A stretch of 64,000 nucleotides of DNA from Octopus sinensis (taxonomy: Eukaryota). The stretch is from contig NC_043014.1 in assembly GCF_006345805.1 (NCBI RefSeq), positions 54,870,001 through 54,934,000 of the forward strand, in the 5' to 3' direction. Positions within the stretch are counted from its first letter, which is position 1. Every line of letters begins with the position of its first letter. Under the pieces are notes generated by a model. The model was given only the letters and a program-made list of their open reading frames with translations, was not told where the DNA came from and ran no database searches. A program made the translations under genes and the position numbers. Shown here one piece after another: positions 39,946 through 51,006 of this stretch.

Positions 39946-40382
39946 CTGTTGCTAAGTCACTGATGAATTATAATGGTGATGGAGAGCGCAGAACATTTGA
40001 AATAGAATAAACGCATTTTTAGGACCTAATTTGAGGAACTGAAGTGACAGATGCTCTGTGGTGTAACAGGTGTTCTGATTGTCCAGGAAGTGAGAGATAC
40101 TCTGAGACTTCAATTGTAGATGGGACCATAAAGTTCCACTCATCTGATGAATTAACTTTACTTGCATTCATTTACAAATATAACATTGTATTGTATAACG
40201 CTGAGTATACATACTGATGCACACATAATTTTGAAGGTTATGAAACAGCTGTAAGCATATGGGAAATAATAATGACAACAACCACAGCAAAAAAATACCT
40301 TGGAGTGTAGATCAGTCGAAACGTGTTAACAACAAACAAGATGAGGGCAAATATCCATCAAATGTAAATAATGTAAATAAAT

Positions 40383-40690
40383 ATCATCATCATCTTGTAA
40401 CGTCCATTTTCCATGCTAGCATGGGTTGGATGGTTCAACCGAGGTCTAGGAAGCCAGATGGCTGCACCAGGCTCCAGTCTTATCTGGTAGTGTTTCTACA
40501 GCTGGATGCTTTCCTAACGCCAACCACTCCGTGAGTGTAGTGGGTGCTTTTTACATGCCACCGGCACAGGGGCTGGGCGAGGCTGGCAACGGCCACGATC
40601 GGTTGGTGCTTTTTATGTGCCACCAGCACAGAAGCCAGTCAAGGCGGCGCTGGCATTGGCCACGTTCGGATGGTGCTTTTTACGTACAGG
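40383..40690 (-). mobile_element. Retroposon family B
   Basis: Reverse complement of the body and ~2 monomers. Confidence 0.82.
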
Positions 40691-40945
40691 TATCACGAGC
40701 TACTAATGTGGTGGAAACTCAATAACTTGGCAGATTTATATATTGTGTCATGAAGCAATCCTTCAGGCTAATGCATGCCAAGTTGTGTTTCCACAGCATG
40801 AAACTTTAAGTAGCTCATATACAAATACTGTGTATGTTAAATGATATATATCGTCCAACCCATGCCAGCATGGAAAGCGGACGTTAGATGATGATGATGA
40901 TATATCCTAACTGCACAGCCATGTATAGATTATATGTGTATATGT

Positions 40946-41282
40946 GGAGGCGCAATGGCCCAGTGGTTAGGGCAGCGGACTCGCGGTCGTATTGAGCGAA
41001 AACACCTAAAGCTCCACGAGGCTCCGGCAGGGGATGGTGGTGATCCCTGCTGTACTCTTTCACCACAACTTTCTCTCACTCTTACTTCCTGCTTCTGTTG
41101 TACCTGTATTACAAAGGGCCGGCCTTGTCACTCTCTGTGTCACGCTGAATATCCCTGAGAACTACGTTAACGGTGCACGTGTCTGTGGAGTGCTCAGCCA
41201 CTTACACGTTAATTTCACGAGCAGGCTGTTCCGTTCATCGGATCAACCGGAACCCTTGTCGTCGGAACCGACGGACTGCTTC
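40946..41282 (+). mobile_element. SINE family D (tRNA head ggaggcgcaatggcccagtggttagg)
   Basis: A-box head; homologous to 47583-47925. Confidence 0.85.
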
Positions 41283-42231
41283 AAAAAAAAAAAATATGTG
41301 TATATCAACATCATGACCATCATCACTTAATGTTTGTTTCCCATGCTGGCATGGGTTGGACTGGAAACTGGAGAACTGGGGGAGCTGCACCAGGCTCCAG
41401 TCTGACTTGACATGGTTTCCTTCCCAGCCATGGGGTTTTTCTGTTCAGTCTCGCTATGAAGTACCTTGATAAAGTGTCTTTCACTATAGCCTTGGGCATT
41501 AGCATAGCTAGAGTGTGTGCCATCCAGGAGGGGAATTTTGTTTGTTGCCCCCAGACCCCACAAAAGACATATATTGCCTACAGCAGACCCAAAAGTGCTG
41601 CCCAGGACAGACTGCCCTACCCCCTAGCTATGCTAGTGGCCTTAGGCCGGCCAAAGCATTGTGAGTAGATTTGGCAGACAGAAACTGAAAGAAGCCTGGA
41701 TGTGTGTTGTGCTTGTAGCTCACCTACTGCTTGATAATATGTATTGGTTTGTTTATGTTCCCATAACTTAGGGGTTCATGAAAAGTGACCGAGAGAATAT
41801 GTAGCAGGCTTTAAAAATAAGAGGTGAGGCTGATTTGTTTGACTTCAAGGTGGTGCCACAGCATGTCCATTGACTAAAAGAACTAAAACGGTCTTATATA
41901 TATACAACAGGCTTCTTTCAGTTTCCATCTCAAATCAGCTAGCATGGTGCTATAGTAGAAGACATTTGCCTTAAATGCTGTGCAGTGGGACTGAACCCAA
42001 ATCCAAATGGTTATAAAGCAAGCTTCTTACCCACATAGATACGCCTGAGCTGCAGCAAAAACAAAAAAAACATTGCTTTGATGCTGTTCCACTAGAAAGG
42101 TCATTCAGTTGGTCGAACAGCGGAAGTGTGTGTAGGTGCCACGTGTGTTTATTGGCAATCATTCGTTGGTTTGCCTGTCTTTATACATTGTCACTGCCTG
42201 GGCAGAGGTGCCGCCTTTATAATCCACCCGT

Positions 42232-42610
42232 AGGAGTAGCTGTGTGGTAAGTAGCTTGCTTACGAACCACATGGTTCTGGGTTCAGTCCCACTGCATGGC
42301 ACCTTGGGCAAGTGCCTTCTACTATAGCCTCGGGCCGATCAAAGCCTTGTGAGTGGATTTGGTAGGCGGAAACTGAAAGAAGCCCGTCGTATATATGTAT
42401 GTGTATATGTTTGTGTGTCTGTGTTTGTCTCTCCAACATCGCTTGACAACTGATGCTGGTTTGTTTACGTCCCTGTAACGTAGCGGTTCGGCAAAATTGT
42501 CCGATAGAATAAGTACAAGGCTTACAAAGAATAAGCCCTGGGGTCGATTTGCTCGACTAAGGGTGATGCTCCAGCATGGCCACAGTCAAATGAGTGAAAC
42601 AAGTAAAAAA
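42232..42610 (+). mobile_element. SINE family A
   Basis: Full-length match. Confidence 0.88.
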
Positions 42611-42840
42611 AAAGTAACTGTCCCACAGCTTTGCGGTTCAACAAGTCGTGCAGAGTCCAGTGGAATAAGGTACACCATTTGAAAAGAGCCGGGGTCAGGA
42701 TACTACCTCGAGACGTTTCTTATAAACAATGGCAGCTTAGTTGTAAAAACGATATTCTGTGTATTTACTGGTGTTGTGTGTAGCGTATTTATTATATATT
42801 AATACAAAAATTTATGGTTGGGGAAAGAAAAAAACTGATC

Positions 42841-42912
42841 TGGAGATGCCGGGGATTGAACCCGGGGCCTTTCACATGCAAAGCGAACGCTCTACCACTG
42901 AGCTACATCCCC
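42841..42912 (-). tRNA. tRNA-Ala(TGC)
   Basis: 72-nt cloverleaf GGGGATGTAGCTCAGTGGTAGAGCGTTCGCTTTGCATGTGAAAGGCCCCGGGTTCAATCCCCGGCATCTCCA with G3:U70 and a T7 terminator 6 nt downstream. Confidence 0.97.
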
Positions 42913-44506
42913 GTCACGTCAAACGTGCTGTATTTAAAATTAACATCTGCGAATTTTTAGGACTCCATTGAATTTAGCTTTTGACGTGTTTCATTTACTG
43001 ATAACATTGATTTATCACGTTGTTTTACAGCTCATTAAAAACTCTTTCATTTTGTCAATGTCGTTTGTTTCTCTCATGTGTAGTACTTAGTTTTAGTAGA
43101 CAAGGCGAAGGGGCTCAATTTTTGAGAGGAAAAGACAGAGATAAAGTGAGACGTGGGCAAACTGTGATCCTTTCGTTATTCAACCCCGAGTTCACTTTAT
43201 CTGTCATGGCAATTTTCAAGCTGAACTACCTCAATATGGGTTCTATCCTTCTTTTTAGTTTTTGAATTAGCCGACACCACCAAATCACAGTCCATTAACT
43301 CTAGCGTACCCCAAGATTCATCTATGTCACCCATACGATTCCTCCTTGCTGTCACCTTAAATGATACATATATAACTGTTCATTCCTTCCTAGCCTTCGG
43401 CATATATGCACTGTCCACATGCCACCGATACACTTCACACTAAATCTACATTGCTTCATTGAACAGACACCACAAAAGAAAAAAAAATCTCCAATCTTAT
43501 CGCCTTCTACGACCACTACACATATCAAGGAAGCCATCGTGCACCTCACCACCCTAAATCATGGGCAACGATAATGTATGAAAATCACAAGTTACGTCAG
43601 ACAAACATTAATTAACTTGTATCCATATCATAGACAAAAAAAAAACGATAAAAAACTGTATCCCAAACACTGATCATTTCTTTTGAAGCCACCTAATGCT
43701 TCTGCTTTCGACAATTCCGAAATCTATTCAAGTCCTAAGTACAATTACCATATCTGGGACGGGAGTTGCTACTGCATACATACAGACACATGAGATTGCA
43801 TCTAGAAAAGGAAAAAGAAATGGCCACCCAATTAACTGGCTTGGAATTGCTCACCTATATACATGCTGTCGCTTCATTCTTTTTTTTTTATATTGCTACT
43901 TGTGGAATTTCTCCTCATTAAAGCTGGCTATTTGACTTGTCTAACTTCCACCTTTTATCTACCTGTCTGTCCTCCAAGATATTGCACTGATCGTTAGACC
44001 TAATTCATAAAAGGTTCACCAGTCTAATTGACATCAAGTAAATTTTTCTTAACAATTAAAAATTTAAAAACGAAAAATTCTTTCAGAATCATAATTTCCA
44101 TTGCGTTAATCGTAGGAATGCCAAAAATCGAAGACAAACATTATTCTTTCCTTTCTCCCTGAAGATGTGGGTACTTAATCAGAGACCCCCGTCATTATTT
44201 CTTCTTAAAACTAAGAATCCACGCTCAAAAATAAATATTAATAAGGCATAGAAATAGCTAAAAGTGTGTTTATTTTGAAGTAATACTTAAAACAGAATAG
44301 CAGTTCCTACACGGTCGTAAACCCCATGACAACAGCAGCCATGTGTGTCATCAGTCGATATATTGCCGGCCTCAAGTCCACCCTCAGTCGTATCCGAATT
44401 TAGAACATGATGATGAAGGTGGAGAGGTTAACTTCTGGCGATATGTTATAGTCAATTAATTTAATGATATACACGACACTGAGCCACGCGCCTTCACTGG
44501 CGCGTG

Positions 44507-44840
44507 GGCGCGTGGCTCAGTGGTTAGAGCGTCGAGCTTACAATCGTGAGGTTGTGAGCTCGAATCCCGGACCGGGCTGCTTGTTGTGTTTTTGAGCAAG
44601 ACACTTTATTTCACGTTGCTCCACTTCACTCAGCTGTAGAAATGAATTGCGACGTCACAGGTGCCAAGCTGTATCGGCCCCTTTGCCTTTCCCTTGGATG
44701 ACATCGGTGACATGGAGAGGGGAGGCTGGTATGCATGGGCGACTGCTGGTCTTCCATAAAACAACCTTGCCCAGACCTGTGCCTCAGAGGGTAACTCTCT
44801 AGGTGCAAACCCATGGTCAGTGTCTGACCGAAGGGGGTCA
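44507..44840 (+). mobile_element. SINE family C (tRNA head, CORE-like ttgagcaagacactt segment)
   Basis: ggcgcgtggctcagtggttagagcg...gagctcgaatcccgg head; homologous to 31700-32035 on the opposite strand. Confidence 0.85.
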
Positions 44841-45002
44841 CAAAAAAAATACACGACATTAGTGAATTCATTGTACATATACAAAATAAAAATACTCCGC
44901 ATGGAGAGGCCGGGACCTTTCACATAACATGCAAAAAACGCGACGTCTTATGCATACACAATACAAACTTTTAGAACAAGCCAAAGCAAAAATTATTTTC
45001 AA

Positions 45003-45074
45003 TGGAGATGCCGGGGATCGAACCCGGGGCCTTTCACTTGCGAAGCGAACGCTCTACCACTGAGCTACATCCCC
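45003..45074 (-). tRNA. tRNA-Ala(CGC)
   Basis: Same body as the other copies, but the anticodon loop is TT-CGC-AA. G3:U70 intact; T-run terminator downstream. Confidence 0.95.
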
Positions 45075-45283
45075 TTCACGTCCCAGATGTTTTATTTAGA
45101 ATAGACATCTGTGAATTTCTAGGTCTCTATCGACTTTAGTTTTTAAAAGTTGTTCATTCATAGATTTCATTGATTTTTCGCACTGTTAACATCTCATTGA
45201 AAACTCTTTCCTTTTGTCAATGTCATTTGTTACTGTCATATGTAGTGTTTTCAAGATTTTAGTTGACAGGACGAAGGGGCGCA

Positions 45284-45329
<46 letters not shown>

Positions 45330-45330
<1 letters not shown>

Positions 45331-45667
45331 GGCGCAGAAGTAGCTTGCTTACCAACCACATGGTTCACTGCGTGGCACCTTGGGCAATTCTTCTACTATA
45401 GCCTTGGGCCGATCAAAGCCTTGTGAGTGGATTTGGTAGTCGGAAACTGAAAGAAACCCATCATATATATATATGCGTGTGTGTGTTTGTGTGTCTGTGT
45501 TTGCCCCCTAGCATTGCTTGACAACTGATGCTGGTGTGTTTATGTCCCCGTTACCTAGCGGTTCGGCAAAGAAACCGGCTTACAAAAGAATAAGTCCCGG
45601 GGTCGAGTTGCTCGATTAAAGGCGGTGCTCCAGCATGGCCGCAGTCAAATGACTGAAACAAGTAAAA

Positions 45668-45670
<3 letters not shown>
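45330..45670 (+). mobile_element. SINE family A
   Basis: Match with small internal deletions; followed by (GA)n(TA)n. Confidence 0.85.
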
Positions 45671-45802
<132 letters not shown>

Positions 45803-46059
45803 TGCCCCAGCATGGCCACAGCTCATGAGCTGAAACTGGAATCAATCATCAATCATATATATATATATATATATATACAGGTAGATAGATAGATAGATTA
45901 TAAGCAACTTTCTTTATCATGGTACAGATGTGACTAATTCCGATTGTAGAGTAGTATTTTTCAAATAATTCTGGTTGTTAAGAGAATGTAGAAAATATGT
46001 AAATGAAAATAAAGTTTATTTGGTAGCCGAAACATTACTGAATCTTTTGATACCTAATA

Positions 46060-46250
46060 CCTCGAATTCGCCATCTTAGATTTCGAATGCATAAGGAACA
46101 TGCGTGCGCGCGTGCACACACACATAAACTCTTATATATATTAGATATATTGACGGTTTTTATATTTCTACATTCTACATTTTTACATTGGTTACGTTAC
46201 GTATTGTTTGTATCGTATTAAGGGATGTCACTGTCGTCACTTCCGGTTCC
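46060..46250 (-). promoter_or_regulatory. Candidate minus-strand Pol II promoter and first exon
   Basis: On the minus strand, ETS site ACCGGAAGTG (46238-46247) lies ~160 bp upstream of YY1-type AAGATGGCG (46069-46077), which reads ATG GCG AAT TCG AG|GTATTA. Confidence 0.4.
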
Positions 46251-47582
46251 TGTCGTAATCTACTTTCATTTTTAAGGACAATTTACTTTCACTTTTTTTC
46301 TACGACAGTAAACTTTATGATAGCTGGATACCACAGCACATTATTGCCTCATCACAAGCAACGCAGAATAAGGTTGTCTACCATCCTTTTCTGGAAAAGA
46401 TAACTTTTTGTCAAGCCTTCCTGCCTCTGTGAGGGGAAATGACTTTGTAGAGATCCTTTCGTAGTAAGATTTTATTCTAAACATAATTTTCTCGTGCTTT
46501 TAGTACTACAAGAAACCTACGAAGTTAGAAACAATATTACCGTTTATAAACCATGTGGGGTTAGTGTAGTTCCCACAGGAGTTGCTATGGTATAAACTTT
46601 ATATACACCTTTATACACAAACAAACAGATGTTCGGTCGAACTGATAAATTGTTTAGAATTTTAAGAAAAAACATACAATAAATTCTTGCTGAAGTCTGC
46701 AAAAAGCCGGTGAAAATATAAGGGAAAAGATTAAAAGTGCTCAAATGTTATAAATTTATCGTAGAATTGGAATATGAAATAGAGAACTGTAAGAAGAAGG
46801 AAATAAAAATCATTTTATGACATTTAATTGCAACACCAACCGGTATAACTACAGTTTAGTGCTCCCCCACTCGATATATTTTCTCATAGCTTTTTGAATA
46901 ATTCTTATGAATATTTTCAGTGATATATTTTCGAAAGTGTAAATTACAATTATTTTAATAAAATAAAAAAAACAAAACAATTTTTGTAGAAAGAAAAGAA
47001 ATCAATACTTTTTAACCATTCAGTAACTCGCTCGTGATCGTTGCATAATAGCTTCGAATGTTTGAATATGGCCAGCAATTATAGGAGGAGGGTGGAGGGA
47101 GTTAATCGATTCCATCGATCGCAATACTTGACTGGCAATTGTATTTTATCGACACTGAAACATGAAAGGCAAAGTTAAACTCGACCGGTTTTGAACTCAG
47201 AACATAAAGTGTTGGATGAACTGACGCCAAGCACATTGGGGCGAACGATTCTGGCAGCCGCCGCCGACTTCAGCTTATTAGCATAATATCCTAATTATAT
47301 GTTTATAACCTGGGCTACATAAAAACAAGGCAGAATGAAATTCCCCAAGGAAACTGTTACTCAGTGCCATCTTAGAGCATGGATACACTGGACAGTTGCC
47401 CAGGGAGCTCACGGGTCTGGGGACCCAATTCTGATCTATGTATGCTGTGGTTTGCTTAAAAAATAAGTGCTATAGAGCCCAGTCCAGCTATTTCCCCGGG
47501 GTCTGTAATGCTTTTCAGACAGTAGTGCCCTTACTTTCAATAGCTGCGAGTTAGAGACCCAGGTTACTGCTGTATGTGTAGT

Positions 47583-47925
47583 GGAGGCGCAATGGCCCAG
47601 TGCTTAGGGCAACGAACTCACGGTCGTAGGATCGCGGTTTCGATTCCTAGACCGGGCGTTGTGAGTGTTATTGAACGCAAACATCTAAAGTTCCACGAGG
47701 TTCCGGCAGCGAGTGGTGGCGAACCCTGCTGTACTCTTTCACCACAACTTTCCCTCACTCTTTCTTTCTGTTTCTGTTGTGCCTGCGTTACAAAGGGTCA
47801 GCCTTGTCACACTCTGTGTCACGTGTCACACTCTGTGTCACGTGTCACACTCTGTGTCACGTGTCTGTGGAGTGTTCAGCCACTTGATCGGATCAACTGG
47901 AACCCTCGTCGTCGTAACCGACGCA
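47583..47925 (+). mobile_element. SINE family D
   Basis: A/B boxes and an internal triplication of cactctgtgtcacgtgt. Confidence 0.85.
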
Positions 47926-47939
47926 ATGCCACGATATAT

Positions 47940-48309
47940 ATGTGTATATATATAAACGGCAAAATGTCTGTCTGTGTGTGTGTCCTTTATACAAATCCAC
48001 AGTTTTTCAGTTAGAGGGCTCGCATTTTCTGTGGTCATTCAAAACCGTCCAAGGGTGGTCGTGCACATCTTTACATTTCCCCAGTCACCCCGCAAAGCCA
48101 TTAAAAGATCAATAGAAGTGACTTTTTTGTGAATTTTCTATCCAAAACCCAATCAAAATGCCCGAAACTTGATACGCCAATTGAATGCCAGCTAGCTGTA
48201 TGTGATTGGTCGGAGATTTGGACAGTACTCTCGTGTATGTGTGCACACACGCAGCTGTATATGCATGCACTAGCACTGTGACCCGGCGTTGCCCGGTCAT
48301 AGTGCTAGT
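47940..48309 (+). mobile_element. Non-autonomous Helitron-like element
   Basis: 5' (TA)n-aacggcaaaatgtctgtctgtgtg segment; a 3' 41-nt hairpin containing cccggcgttgcccgg and ending CTAGT (Helitron-type CTRR terminus). Confidence 0.5.
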
Positions 48310-49262
48310 ATACATACGTGTTATGTATGTAATAAAAGTCTGAATATTCAAATTCAGCACATTTTATTAATTTTTCTTTTATGGTAAAGAATTTTCAGAA
48401 ATTTGTAGAAAGTAATCGCGAGCGAGAGACGTGAACATTTTTCAGCCAATGGGTGTTAAATCGTATACAACCACGCTTTGCATTATTAGTACAGAGCGGA
48501 CTCAGCTTGACAAAGGTGGACTGTAATGTCAGCCCATCTGGAAGTACCTGCATACTCACAGTTTGGTGAACTTCGAAGTAAAACAACCTAACCTCGGAAT
48601 GTGTGTAGTCTATATTGAAACGGTGTGGAATATCTGGTTTTCTTTGTAGGAATTGGCTGTTGTAGTAAGCCAAGGAATTGTATGACCGGCGCTGTACAGT
48701 GTCCATAGCAAAGACAACTTTCCGATGGCCCACGACCGTCCGTTTCTACGAAGGATCCTTCACATTGCTGCTAAGCCTGTTAGAAATAACAGCTAAATTT
48801 TTCTCAACCCACTGTTATGTCTTCAAATGAAAAAGGATGCACCAGCTAACAGTAGTCAGGAAGGTCGTGGCTGAAATGCCTTTGACCATGGGTCATTCCT
48901 TTGTGGTTGACTGGAAACTAAATAAAACAACGAGTATCATATGATTAGGTTGAAGTCTTCTTTATTAAATTTTTCTTGGAAAGAATTGGGCATCCCTATA
49001 GAATAGAGTCGGAATTTATTGAGTACAACCAAAATTATTGTAGTTTCTTTGGATGTATATGTTTAAAGCATATAATGTTTAAAGATTACGAATCGAAAAC
49101 GAAAAAAAAAAAAAAAGAAAAGAAAAGAAAATGGCCCACTTCCACTTCATTCCGGAATTTTCCAGTTTTGACTTTCTTTTGAATTTCTTCACCTCCAAAT
49201 TTACGTCTTAAACACCTGTGGTTATGATTCTTCGAAATTATGCATAACATAAAAATACAATA

Positions 49263-49654
49263 GGCGCAGGAGTGGCTGTGTGGTAAGTAGCTTGTTTACC
49301 AACCACATGGTTCCGGGTTCAGTCCCACTGCGTGGCATCTTGGGCAAGTGTCTTCTGCTATAGCCTCGGGCCGACCAAAGCCTTGTGAGTGGATTTGGTA
49401 GACGGAAACTGAAAGAAGCCCGTATATATATATATATGTGTGTGTGTCTGTGTCTGTGTTTGTCTCCCTAACATTGCTTGACAACCGATGCTGGTGTATT
49501 TATGTCCCCGTTACTTAGCGGTTCGGCAAAACAGACCGATAGAATAAGTACTGGGCTTACAAAGAATAATTCCCGGGGTCGATTTGCTCGATTAAAGGCG
49601 GTGCTCCAGCATGGCCGCAGTCAAATGACTGAAACAAGTAAAAGAGTAAAGAGT
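49263..49654 (+). mobile_element. SINE family A, full length
   Basis: Near-consensus head, body and tail. Confidence 0.92.
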
Positions 49655-50020
49655 AATAAAAACAAAAAAACAAATCTATAACTAAAATTTACCGAAAGGG
49701 GGGTTGGGGTGGGATTGACCCCCTCTCCCAGTGTCTCTTTCCAGATTCATAATCTACGGTGCTTAGAACATTCAGATCTGAAGAAATTACGGTCTTTGTC
49801 GCGTTAGATTATTTCCAACTTTTTTCTATAGGAATGGCGAGGGTTGTATACAAAAGATGACGTGGCTTTTGATCCAACAGAAGAAAAATTATCTAACGCT
49901 AACAACCAATATTGAAAAAGCAAAAGTAATCTAATTTGGGGGTAAACTTCACATTTTATAAACGCACCATATTGTGCCTATAAATACATTCTAAAAGAAT
50001 GCACATAAAATAAAACAATC

Positions 50021-50092
50021 TGGAGATGCCGGGGATCGAACCCGGGGCCTTTCACATGCAAAGCGAACGCTCTACCACTGAGCTACATCCCC
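50021..50092 (-). tRNA. tRNA-Ala(TGC)
   Basis: 72-nt cloverleaf with intact A/B boxes and G3:U70, followed by TTTTATTTT. Confidence 0.97.
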
Positions 50093-50335
50093 GTCAGTTA
50101 CAGAAACATGAAATCAGTCGTATAAAAAATCTGACAACGAATTGATTCTTTTCGTTTTCTTTATATATTTATTTAAACAATGTTAAAGAATCGATATATT
50201 ACTATCGATATGTGACAAGTTTTATTAAACAGAAGGCGAGAGAGAGAAAGAAGAGGGGAGTGTGATATGACAGTAGTTGCTCTCTTCAACCATGAGTTTA
50301 GTCCTAAACACATGCTGTTTATGTTAGACTGACTC

Positions 50336-50576
50336 ACTAGTGTAGCTAGAGTGGGGCTGTCCGACCCCGGGTGGCACTTTTATGGGGGTCTGCTGTAAGC
50401 TATAAAAGCCTGTATAGGTTGTATTGAAATCAAATGATAGTGGTTTTAATGTCGGGAGAAGGGCACTTTCTCAACGTTAAATTCAACAATCGATATGTGC
50501 AATATGTATTTTTTTGGGGGGGGGGGGGGCAAGGGCGGAAAAACTGAAGGGCCGCACATATTCTAGCTACACTAGT
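50336..50576. mobile_element. MITE with a perfect 15-bp TIR (hAT-like)
   Basis: actagtgtagctaga at 50336-50350 and tctagctacactagt at 50562-50576. No clear TSD. Confidence 0.65.
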
Positions 50577-50934
50577 ATTAGTGGTGGTGTTGGTGGTGTG
50601 CAGTGTTGTCAAAATTCATCCACAGGAGTTTGAAAGTTGAGGTCATATATAATATGGCACCCTTTTTCCTGGGGTGAGGGGAGAGAATGAGAAAGCATTT
50701 TTTATTTCAATTGATAGTGTACTCCTCGGAGCTGCGAATCACATTTGTAGTTAATTACTTAACGATGGCCGCTCTCGTCGCTCTGAAGGAGAGAACTTAG
50801 TTAAAGAGAGTAACAAAGAAAAACAAAATCACTTGAAATGACAACAGATAATTATAGAAAATATGAGTTTATACGCAATTCTGCATTCACTAAATGAAAG
50901 TCTAGGATACATTAAAAAAAAAAAAAAAACCATA

Positions 50935-51006
50935 TGGAGATGCCGGGGATCGAACCCGGGGCCTTTCACATGCAAAGCGAACGCTCTACCACTGAGCCAC
51001 ATCCCC
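50935..51006 (-). tRNA. tRNA-Ala(TGC), G9 variant
   Basis: Cloverleaf beginning GGGGATGTGGCTCAG (G at position 9), with a long oligo-T terminator. Confidence 0.96.

Noticed and set aside
44507-44580. tRNA-like heads of SINE families A, C, D and E as real tRNA genes
   Set aside because: No closed acceptor stem or terminator; they continue directly into SINE bodies.
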